Shown piece after piece: positions 23,183 through 34,800 of a stretch of 64,000 bases of DNA (its first letter is position 1; every line of letters begins with the position of its first letter). The DNA is from Amoebophrya sp. A120 (taxonomy: Eukaryota; Protista; Dinoflagellata). The stretch spans positions 11,102,163-11,166,162 of the forward strand of contig CAJINV010000001.1 of assembly GCA_905178155.1 (NCBI GenBank). Reading direction: 5' to 3'. Made by a program: the position numbers and the translations under genes. Under the pieces are notes generated by a model. That model was not told the DNA's origin and made no database searches. It worked only from the letters and a program-made list of their open reading frames with translations.

Positions 23183-26100
23183 ATGCTGGATAATGTGGCT
23201 GTTGCGCCGCCGCGCATTCTCTCTAGTGTGCGCGCACCTGCACCTGCAGCACTGGTGATGTTGCTGAAGATTTTTGGGGTGCAACAGCTTGCACAACTTT
23301 CTGAAGGTAGCCTCGTGGCTTCGCACTCTCTTCTTACGAAGCAGTGGCTCGACGAACGCACAAACGGGCAGCTGCAGCACGATCCCGCCAGTCATGAAAA
23401 AAATTCAAATTACCGGGGTGGCACAGTTTTTCTCGACTCCAGTCACGCGTCTCCAAGCAGGAAGGACTTTTTTGGCGCTGAAAACCAGGCGGACTCCTCT
23501 GGAAAAGAAGAAGCTGCAGGCACGGAAAAATCGGCGCAAAAAGTGTCTGCAGAAGCCCTGAGCGATGCAGCTCCTTCTGATGTAGTGGAAGACGAAAAGG
23601 CGAATCCCGATGAGGACGACGGAAAGCAAGAGCCCGACCAGGCTGGAACTGCCACTGACACTGCACCGTATGAAGTTGAAGAAAGCGAAGGTATTGTGTC
23701 CTCAGAACAAGCTACCCCGCCCGATGCAGAAGAAGATGCCTCCTCGGGCGGCGAGTTTGCAGCAAGTGCCGGGGATGATGGGGAGCCAGCATTTTCCACT
23801 CCGGAGGACGAGAGCAGCAAGACGGAGTCGGAGACCTACAACACTGGCTACAACGAAACGATAACAGAACAAAATATCGAAGACGCCGCTGCGACGGCAT
23901 CGGCAGAGTCATCAAACTCCGAGGGCGAAGTTGAAAAAGAAGCCAGCGAGACGGAGGCTTCTGCGGATGAACCGACACCAGTTTCTGCTGACTCCTCTGA
24001 CGACGGGTCGAGTCCGGGGGGACCGAGCAATCCGTCTTCTGCAAGCGCAACTGATCATGGCGACGGACTTTCTTCGTCCTATTCCTCTAGCAGTAAATCA
24101 GAACAGTCATTGCAGTCATATTCCTCCCAGTCTGGCGGAAGTCCGTACATTTTGGACGAGGTGTAGACTAGCTCGTTTATTCCTTTTCCCATGAAAAAAT
24201 ATGTCCTTTCCGGTCTCCTTCCATCGCGTGTTTGTAGTTTCGCCGGAGCTGACCTGGATTTTCTACCACCAGGGTTTTAGTAACACTGCTTTCCCTTCTT
24301 TCATTTTATTGTGTGATCATAGTGTCCAATTGTCGTGTTGTTCGAGACATATCCGTACCTAACCCTAAAATTGAATCTGAGATCGCGGCCACAACGAATT
24401 CCGCCATTGTCTCGCACGTGACCGAGCACCTCCTACGCGATGGGCAGTTTCAGTCCAAGCTGAGCCAGGCGATTCTGCAGCAGGACAGCTTCCGGGGGCA
24501 GTTTGTCGGCTGCTTGCAAAAGCGCGTGGTGGACGCGCTGGAAAGTGACCCGGAGTTTGTTCGGGACACACAAGATCTGCTGATCCCTCAACTGCTCGAC
24601 TACTTGTTGGCCCAGAACTACCGGCACTGGCGCGGCGAGATCATGGAGACTCTGATCAACAGCAGTAAGTTTCAAACTTCCGTCTATGCCCATATGGGAC
24701 GATAATTTTCAAGCGTTACATTGTTTGCTGTAGTCAGTACATGATTTGTCATGCAAAATTTCAATCAGCATGAGCATCAGCATCCATATCCAACACCAAC
24801 TCCAAGCTACTTCGCATGGCATCAAATTCTTGAAGGGCCAAACAGCATGGAAATCTGTGTCGAATTTGTAATGCGAGAGGTGCACCAGCAGCAGCCTCAT
24901 TCTGATCGCTTTCACTTTTATTGCCATTTTTGTCTTACCAATTCACATTCCAGCTTACAATGTAACGCTTGAGAACTCCATAGCGCACCTGGTCGACGTG
25001 ACGGCACAGGAAGCGACGCACAATTCCCCACCGCCGAGTTTCCAGAACCCGGACTCCGGCGCAAACTACGACTCGGTCGACAACTACAAAGGGTTGCAGA
25101 CGGTAGATTCCTCTTCACAGGGCACCGACGTCTACTACAAAGATACTGAATCCTCCTCGCCCCTCAACGCGGTGCCAACGCAAGAAACGTCGCAGGGCCC
25201 GGTGGTGTCGGTTACAAAGTCAAGCTCATCTTCCGCCAGCGTCTTTCTGCAGCTGCGACTGGAGGAGGAAGAGGGGGCTAGCGGAAGAAACTCCCAAACC
25301 GCATCAATGCAGGAGGTGATCGAGATGAACGAAGGTGAACGTCGGCGTAATAAAGAGGGGTCGGATGCCGCGGATTCAGCTTTCGGTGAAGGAAGGCAGG
25401 ACCTCTCCAGTCTGGTTTTGAAACCGCACGAGACGGGCGAAGATGCATCGAGGACATCGAGGAAGCAAGCTACTAGTTTACGAAACGCCTACCAGAATTA
25501 CAAGGCGAAGACTTCTGCGTCGACAGGCCTCCCGATGTCAGCGCCTTCGAAGAACAAAAAGGAGCATAGCAGTGGAGGGAGGACGTCAGCGTCACCCAAG
25601 AAGCTGCCAGGAGGCCACCAGCCGCACGGCGGGGTCAAAGCGAAGATCGAGGGCACCGACGAGCCGATGCAACGCCAACGCTCCCAGCAGCACGACATCG
25701 AGCTACGGGGGCATAGTGAAAAACAAAAACAGGGAGAAATTGATAGCTTACGTCAGCGCCTCCACGATATCGAACGTCTTCGAGAGGAGATCCAGCTGGA
25801 ACACACGAAGACGAAGGAACTCAAGAGAAGCGACATGATTGCCAGCTCAACAGCTGCGAAAGGGACGTCGAGAGCAAATGTTCGCGGCGGGGAACAGCTG
25901 ATAAGAACCACGCGCGCAGCCGATGCGGTGGTCGCGCAGAAATTGAATGCAGTTTCCGGCAAGGCAAGCGAGCAAATTGCTGAAGCTGAAAATGACTCAC
26001 AAGGGCACGACGAGGCGAGTCGGAATAGTTCCGATGCGGCTGCTAGCGGCGATATCATGTCACCAGAGATTGATGAAACTGCAAAAGGCGCTGTCGACCA

Positions 26101-29100
26101 CGGTGAGCTTCCAGCCAATTTTGAAGAAGAGTTTGCGTCGGCGTTCTCACAAGCCGAAAGCGAGGGACCGGCATCTTCTGCGACGCCCGAACAGACCCAC
26201 TCCGCTGTCTCAATGTCGGCAACTGGACGTGGCATGTCAGGAATGACCAAGCACGATTTTGGAGACATTGCTGCAAAGGCAGTCAAGACCACGGGTGCCG
26301 GAAGTAATACTGGTACTAGCTCCTCGTTGTTTGCAGACGGGTACCATTCCGGATCGCAGATAGGAGGAAGTAGCGCAATCGGTGAAAACTACTACGACCA
26401 GTTTCATCATGCGGTCGTCCCTGCTCCGACGCACAGACCTAGCCCATTGGACAGCGGCTACCGGGGCAGCGGCGCGGCGTACCATGCTAGTGGTGCTAGC
26501 TACGGCGGAACCTCCCTCGCCTCGGACACCTACGCACCTGCTCACCAACAGCGTGGCGGCAACACCCGCAACCTCCCTGGCCTGGTGGGAGATCAACGGC
26601 CAAAGTCCAGCGCCCAGGTCGGTGGCCACGGACACGAGTACGATAGCCGGCCGATGTCCTCGTCGGACTACTACGCCCCAGCCCCGGCCCGGCTCCCCCG
26701 CGTTGATATGACCATCGACCTGGCGGGCATTTTTCGTCGCAGCATCGAAGAGAATCTGGTCCGAGACGACCGATTGGTCGCACTGGTGGAAGGCAGCCGC
26801 GCTGCGATGGACGAGTTGGGGGCCAGTTTGGTGAAGGACCACCGCACGCGCGACGCAATCGTGTCCGAAATGGACGGTAAGCGCGATCTGTGGAATCACA
26901 TTTTGCAGGAGCACAGCACCGGGCTCTCTGCCAAGGAAACCCTGATCGAGCTGCTTGGCCGGCAACTCGTGGCGGACCCGAACTTCATCGGCGACTTGGC
27001 GGAAAACCTGATCCGTGCAGAGGACAAGGTGTCGCACAAATATTGGATGTCGCCGTCGCTGATGCAGCTCGACACCGGGAGCCAAAAGGACGCTCTGTTG
27101 CGTGCCCTGCGCCGCCTAGAGGCCAGGATCTTACTCGGTGACAAGAAGGAAGCCGTGGCTTTCCAAGGTGGTCTCACAGCGGCGCACGAACAGGCTTCTT
27201 CATCTCTCCGCTTGCTGACCGCCGATCCCCCGACCCGAGTGACAAACTTTGAAAAGCCCAATAATCAGTGGCAGGGGCAGCGGCTACAACGAGAAAGTAA
27301 AATCATAGAGGATGGCGCAAAAATGAAGCAGCGCCAGGATGGGTCTGAAGAATTTTCACCAGCGCGACGCGGCGGAGGAGCAAGTGTAGCAGAGATACCA
27401 TCGGTTTCATCATCCCAAGATCAGCAGCGCCAGCGGCAGGCACGCTCAAGCCGCCCATCGAGTCTGAACCTCGCAGCGACGGAGTTACGCCGTAAGGAGG
27501 AACTTCCATTTATCTTTTCGGACCTTGTTGGCGGGGGATCAACACCCGATCCTGAAGCAGATGAGAAGACACGAAGCTCAACTTCATTACGAAATGCAAA
27601 CAAGCCGGAACAAGATGTCGCACATACCCCGCAGGAGCAGCTGACCGGGGCTTTGCCAACCGCGTCGACGACGGCATTGCTGCACAAAGTGAATGCGGAC
27701 ATCAGGCAGCACCGAGGGCAGGCGTTCAATTCATCAACCGCATTCAATGCGGACGACTACTACGAGCCCAGTGCAAAGGAGCTTTCCGGCGCCACAGCGC
27801 CGCTGTTTTCCGATCGAATTGCGCGCAGCCTTGAAGAGGATCCCAAGCTGCTGCAGGCCATCACCGCCCGTCATTACAAGATGAAGGAGGTAGCCTGCAC
27901 GTTGGCCCGGCACATCGCAAAAATCAAGGTTGCGCCGGTAAATGAACGAAAGCTTTTGATGGTTCTTCTTCTACTTTCTTTTTGTTGCTTGTTATTTTTA
28001 GGAATAAACCCGGCGATGGTGCCTGTATTCCAAGTACGACTAGCTGACGGCGAGATTTAGATTAGAACACGAAAATGCAAACAACAAAAACGACAAGAAT
28101 CTATGCAAGCAAAAAAAAACTCTGAGAGCTACGTGAAGACTCTTTCTGCGGCTTTCGTTGCGAGTTCGAAATTGCTGACAGCGGAGGCGGCTGCCCGAAT
28201 TTTGGAAAACTTTTCCACGCGTGATGTCGGAGCGATGGTAAAACGATACGCAGTTCTTCAAACGAAAACTCATGCCCTGGGGTGTAATTTTTTTGCATTC
28301 TGCCATAGGCTCTCATTGAGGTCGGACCATGACTCTCTCACCCATGCCACATTTCGCGATTCTTTCTTCAATCACATGCACGTGTTGTATATCTACTTTT
28401 TTTTTCAATTTCAATTCACAATAAAACAAAAACAGCTAGAGAACCCGCAGAAGTGTGTGCCATCCGCACGGGACTCGTGTCTGGGCGGGCGACTGCAGAC
28501 GCTGGTTGCCACCGTCATCGCCTATTCGGAAATGGACCCGCAGGTCCGCCAACACCAGCCCCGCCTACGCAGCTCTGTGCCTCCGCCGCGGCCCCACCAT
28601 CGTCCGCTCTCCAATCCGGACTTCGACTACTTAGCCATCGAGGGCACGGGAAGGCAGGGCAGGCAAGGCGGCATGTACCCTTCAACGTCAAAGACCACTT
28701 CCAGTAGCGCTGGCAGCTATGGAAGCGCCCTCGGCCTGCCCATGGCGGAACACGCCGGCAACGACGGGCCCGCGCCGTCGCTTCCTCAGGTCGGCTTAGT
28801 GGATACGATGTCGCACAATTTCTACGACAATAAACCGCGTGCATTGCCGTCGACGCCGGTTTTGGATGGAGCGCCGAGAACTTCATCGACGAATGGTGCA
28901 GGTACACAGGCATCACCAGCACCTTCAAAAAGCTCGAAAATCTCAGAACGGGGCGATTTCGGCCTTCTCCGACCGGCTGTAGACAACACTGCGAACAGCA
29001 GCAAGGGCACGCCCAGTCCTGTAGTATTCTCATCCGCAGCGCCATTGGTTGCCGCCTCGTCCAACCTCCCAGCGTCAGGAAGAAGCACGAGCTCCAGTGT

Positions 29101-29452
29101 TGGCACCAGTCGTGCTAGTTCGGTCACGAGTGAGAATGATGTCACGGGCAAGCTCAAAATCACGCATCTTACTCGGGATCATGTTCGCCCTGTGCCCGGC
29201 ACCACGACAGGGAGGACAGGAGGTAGAGCAGAAAAGGAGGACGACGTGGAGGTCTTGAACAGGCTGAATCAGAATGCCGAAGCGAAGAGGCAGTTAGAGG
29301 AAGGAAGGAGTGCTGGGGGCGACAAAGGAGGTGTTGTAAGGGCAGCAGAGAAAGGCCGAGAGACGACGACCGGTCGGGAGCCGCCCAAGAAAACCGTACA
29401 GTTTGACCTGGTGCGTTCATCTTCCCCAACTCCAACTGCAGCGAGTCGTTGA
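23183..29452 (+). CDS. Large multi-exon protein with helical L-x-x-D-P-x-[FL] repeat blocks separated by low-complexity linkers
   Basis: Exons about 23183-24160, 24382-24664, 24984-27961, 28103/28106-28237, 28437-29452; motifs ALESDPEFV, LVADPNFI, SLEEDPKLL. Confidence 0.6.
24709..24972. mobile_element. 264-bp MITE-like element inside a GT-AG intron
   Basis: Perfect 16-bp TIR TCAAGCGTTACATTGT / ACAATGTAACGCTTGA; no clear target-site duplication. Confidence 0.75.
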
Positions 29453-30468
29453 TCTTCGCCTCGTCGAATGTACAAAGTAACAGGTGGACAACTTCTTCCT
29501 TGAATGGTATTAATTTTTTCATGCGCGTTGGAAGCGTAGTACTAGAACTAGAAGCCGCGTACCGTGATTTTTCAGAGTTTGATGTTACTAGAAACAAACA
29601 AGCCGCTATCTTGCGACCTCTTGATCAAAAATCCACGAGTGGTGTAAAAACTCGTCCGCGTACCTTTGAATCAGAAACCAGAAGCCGAAAAAACTGTGTA
29701 TCCGTTGTCACTTTCAATTATTCCAAGTACATTGCTGCACTAGATTCTTCTTCCAAGAATGAAGAGGGAACTGTTCGCCTTGCTCACCGGTCAATCACGT
29801 TTCACTGTACAAAAACGACTGTGGGAGCAGAGACGACACTGGCCATCTATACCGCATTTTTATTTTTTTTGAAAAATGATATATGAATGAAAGAATCTTC
29901 GAAGTCGATTACGATTTCAAACCCTTGTACAATCTGAAAACCGTACAGAAGCAAGTAGAAAAATGAACCAAATGAAGATGACAAGTAGAGAACATGCACG
30001 AACTACATCATACATATTCAGCAATCTGCTGCAATTTTATGAAAAGAAAAACAGGCGCGATGTTCAATGCCCTCCGTTCCCGACAGCGGATGGCGACGGA
30101 AGCAACCACCTACTAGAAGCTCAGCGTTAAGGAAAAAAGTGCCTTCTTTCGTGTGTGGACGTTGCCACTCATCTTCACTGCCCTTGCTCCCGCTAGGGTT
30201 CGAGTGTCGAGCGGCCAGATGGCGTGCGCAGCAACTGCAACCTGAAATCAAGATGAGAGCGCAAGCGGCGGCAGTCCTCTTTACTCAGAGGAGGCGAGCG
30301 AAAAAAAATTCTAGAGAGACTATGTCCCTTCATCTTCCTGAGATGGTTGCTTTCGTTCTATGATTTTCTTCGTGAAAAAAAGTGATTTTATTTGTCACAG
30401 TTCATCCCTGAGCTGAGCCTGAGGCAGACGAGAAACAGCACGATCACGTTGTACTATTGACAATAATC

Positions 30469-30945
30469 ATGCCGATCACTTGGAAGCCGGTCGAGTATTG
30501 CCATTGCTCCGGGTCCTGCTTGTGCAAGGACTGTTTGTGTCCCTGCATTGGAGCGTACGAGAATGCGCGAAAAGTGGACGCCCCAAATGCGTTGCTGCAC
30601 GGCGCCCTGACTTGCCTCTGCATCAATAACTGGCCCTGCGTGGTCGGCATGGGCTTGAAAATCCTGTTGACGGAGCACATCGGGAATCACACCAACGCGG
30701 ACCTGGCAGTTGCCGAGTTGTACAAGAATCCGCTGGATTTTGGCTTGGTTTTTTCTGATTTCTGCCACGCCTGGTGTTGCACGCCGTGTTTCTTGAACTC
30801 GCTCTCAAGAAGTGTGGACGAGTACGTCAACAGTGGGCAGTGCGAGAAGGACAAGAAAATGAGAGAGGCAACCTCCGGCCTCAAGGTCGCGCCCCAGCAG
30901 CAGGTCATGGTGCTCAAGCCGATGGAGGACCCGGTCACGCATTAG
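30469..30945 (+). CDS. PLAC8/cornifelin-like Cys-rich protein
   Basis: CLCPC near the N-terminus and DFCHAWCCTPCFLNSLSR, matching the PLAC8 pattern. Confidence 0.7.
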   Translation: MPITWKPVEYCHCSGSCLCKDCLCPCIGAYENARKVDAPNALLHGALTCLCINNWPCVVGMGLKILLTEHIGNHTNADLAVAELYKNPLDFGLVFSDFCHAWCCTPCFLNSLSRSVDEYVNSGQCEKDKKMREATSGLKVAPQQQVMVLKPMEDPVTH

Positions 30946-31884
30946 GCGGGAAGTTTGTTAGCCTTACTGTGCCCCGGAGGTTCAGGGAATCGATTTATTA
31001 TGATTCATTTGCGCAAAGGGTAAGGGTTGATATTGATTCACTATGATCTACGCAGATACAACTAAAGCTCACCATATATTACTGCATCTGAGTAAATTAG
31101 TGGTGATGTAGTTGATCCATTGATGAGTCACTGTTTCGGTTTCGTTTACATTGATAGATCTGCAAGCGCCTAAGTACTTGTGCAATCAAATGCAAGAGTG
31201 ATGTTTTATTTGTCTGATACTTTTCCTTTTGTTCCAAAGACTAAGACAAAGTCCCACGACCCAGTTGGAATTTGATCTCGTTCCGTCTCTGCAGCCTCAA
31301 AAAGCTGAGAGACATAAGCAATGCTTTGCTTCTACTCCACTTATGTTGATTTCAATATTCTTCATGCTACGTCGCACGATCGCCAGCAGTACAAATCATA
31401 TGTGGGGCGAAAGGAGCAAGAGCTACGAAAAACCACACTGAGTTTACTGCATGAAGAGCGAGCTCTTCTGTGAGTGAATGAGGGTTAGAGTTAGTGATTG
31501 TGACAAACTGCGTCATCTGTGGCGTTTAATGATTTTTGAGCATGAGATACAGCCTAAGCGTCAGATTCAGATACTGATACAGCTTCTCAACATACGACGA
31601 CCGATTGTTTCAGAGTGAAAGATGAAAACAACATCAAACCGCACAAGTGCCGCGGCCGCTTTGTCATTCTCAGTTCTCCTTCTGTGTCCGCCAGGGGGAA
31701 AAAATCATACGCTGAGTTTGTTTCAGGAGATGTACATTTCTCTTTCTGACTGGCACCAGAGGATTTGCATGTCGCACTCAGCGAATCAAGCAGCGACCAC
31801 GAAGATGTTGGACTAAAACAATTTTCGATCGGTTTTTTTTTCGAACCAGCATGTAGTTGCCGCTGGGCGACCGGGGCTCGCGAT

Positions 31885-34800
31885 ATGCCAATGCGCGGGC
31901 GGCGCCGGGGACTAGTGCTGTGTTGCGCAACAAGCTCCGCGCCGGCTGCGACATTTTTCGTTCTCTTTCTGGACAGCCTCTTTCTGTTTTTGCAGGCAGC
32001 GCAGCTGCATGACGAGCGGGACACTGGCAGTGGCGCTTCTGGATCCTCCGTGAGAAGTGCTGCTACTACACCTGCGAAAAATACGGCTGTCGAAACAGAA
32101 TGGTCGTCCGGCGGTGCAGCGTCTCCGCGTGATGTAGACACGACGCCCGTCCTCGTGCGGCAAGACCTGTCTGAAGAACGGCACGCGCGGCCTAACGAGG
32201 ACGCAGATTTTCTGGACGAGGAAGTAGAAGATCATGCGCAGCAGAGCAGCCTTGCCCGGCTGGATTATGTCGACGAGGAGAACGAGAACAATCAAGATCA
32301 ACAAAACCAAAACGAAGCGCTCGACGACCTTGCCACTCTGCAACTTTCCGTTGCGGCGCACAGTGGGCAAGACCCGGGCGGGAACGCGACCGGGGACGCC
32401 GAAGTCACGGCTACTGACGATAATTCGACCTCCCTCGGGGATCTTTTCGCAGAAGAAAACGCCACGGCTGCGGGGAACGAGACCGGGGATGTAAATGGTA
32501 CCGATGTGAATGGTACGGTTGCCGTTACCGAGGAAAGCGCCGGCACGCCGGAGGAGGCGAAAGAAAACGCCCAGACGTTCACGCCCTTGGTCCGCAATGT
32601 CGGTGCGGAGTTGGCGGCGGACGCAAACTTCCAGCTCGCCCTGGCCCGCCTGCTGGTGCGGTACCCGGAGATATCAGCGGAGAACAAAATGCTAGTATAG
32701 TAAAGTAGGATGCGCATGCGTCCGCAACTGGAAGATCATGTCCACTGCGCACAACTATCTACAAATGATAAGCCGATGTTGAAGGAGATGACAGCGACCG
32801 GCGCGTCAAAGCACCACAGTATGCTGAAATCACTTTGACTTGCACTTGAAGGCATCTTTCAGGGAAGTAGGGCGCCTCTTGTGTGTGTGTTCTCTGTGTC
32901 ATTCAATTTGAACATGCATCGCTTGTTTTTAGCATTTTGGTTTTCGCATGTGATACTTGTCGGAGCCTCACGTACGCACCGTGGAGTACGTACAAGACGG
33001 CGTTATGCGCGACAGCATGGCCGGAATTCTGAAGGTACTCTACATTAGTTACTCCCACTGTTGTGAGATGTAGGTCTATGACTTTGACGCTGAAAGTTAT
33101 TAGTGGGATGCACACAGGCATAATACACAGATTGTTGCAGCACGGTTTTTTCGACCAGGTTTCAGGGTTCTATAGTTTTCTTGACCTTGGCGATGGCTCA
33201 ATAGCAGTACCCGAACCCATCCCTTAGAGATTCAAACCTAATCTCCGCAGGGCGACGGAAACTTCACGAAGATAATTCGGGACATCATGACGCCGCTGGT
33301 GATGGCCAAGCTGCGAGAGGCGGAGGCAAGCGACATCGGGGACCTGGAGCAGCGCATCATGGACGCGGTGGCCCAAGTAGTGGCGGACGACATTGCATTC
33401 GTTGACAAGGTGCAGGCCATTTTGACAGCACACAAAGACTTATGAAATAGGGCGACACGTCCGCCTTGAGCTTGTTGACACGTGCTATGCATATTTCTGA
33501 TCGATCATGTACAGAATTGAATATGGCCCCCGAAGGGAGCGCACCAACTACAGCAAGAGCAACTGAGGGAAGATGATATTTGTTGGCGCAGGAAAGTATC
33601 GAACGATCGACATGAGTTTTAAAATCCATCGTGGCTATCTTCGATGAACACATTATGCCGCATAGCAACATGTTTGGAGGCGGGGGCGAGTTTCCATAGC
33701 ATGAGATGCGAAAGAGGCCGAAAACTCTGCGACCACTACCGCGCCTGCCGTCGGACTTTTCTTGCAGTTCGGCCAGTCTCTAAACCTGCGCCAGCTGCAG
33801 GTTGCGGGCTTCTACGGCCAGAAACATCTTCACAGCCAGCAAATCCGCGACGCAACTGCCGAGGACCTGGTGTTTGGAAAACTGCGGGAAAAATTACATG
33901 AGCACGGTAGCTTGGCGGGAAACAAGATGGTGCAGGAGACTGCAGGTAGTGCCGCCCCTGGCGGGAAGGCGTCGGACCTGGAAGGCACAGATACCAAATC
34001 TCCTGGCGCCGGAGCAGCTGATCAGTCACACACTAAGAAAGATGAAGAACAAATGACTGCGTCTGCGGAGAGGAGGGAACGGCAGGAGGACATTGTCACG
34101 CGCCTCGATGAAACAAGCATGTTCGACTACGAGCCGAGGAAGCAACATCAGCAGCGAGTTGATGGTCCAAGCTCCGGAGCCGGACCCTCTGCAACATCAG
34201 CAACGCAAAGTACGAAGACGAAACGTCATCTTTGTCGCTATCACTATCAGTTCCTATGAAGAACAGACACGATTTCATTTCCATTTTTTATGTATCTCGT
34301 CCATGGTCCTGCAGCTCCAGGTCCAGTTTGCATTTTCCGTATTTGACTTGCATCACATCACATTAAAGAGTTTTGATGGCATCACAGTTGCTGGCATTTT
34401 TATGGTTTGTATGTTCATGTTGTTGTGTCTGCATATCATCCACTAGATGGAAAGTTTTTGTGCTGGAAAGTTCTTGTGCATGCAGGATGAAAGTGCGAAG
34501 CAAGCGTCCTCATACTCAGAGTTGTGCTCCTCGGTACTACTGAAACTGGTAGCGTTCTTCTTCGTTTTCATACCGAATTCGGATCAGAACGCGGTCGCGG
34601 CCACGAGGTCTCCCGCGGAAAAATCAAAATCAGCTGCTGAACACGGAGCGGAAAAAGTAGATGGAGATTTGCTCCCCGCCCCCTCATCGTCAGCGCAACT
34701 GGAGCTGGCGTCAAGCCGACGGCTGAAGGGAACCTCCACTTCTACCGGAAGAAAAAGCGGTGCGAGCGGGGACGAGCCCACTGATGTTTCGGACGAGGCA

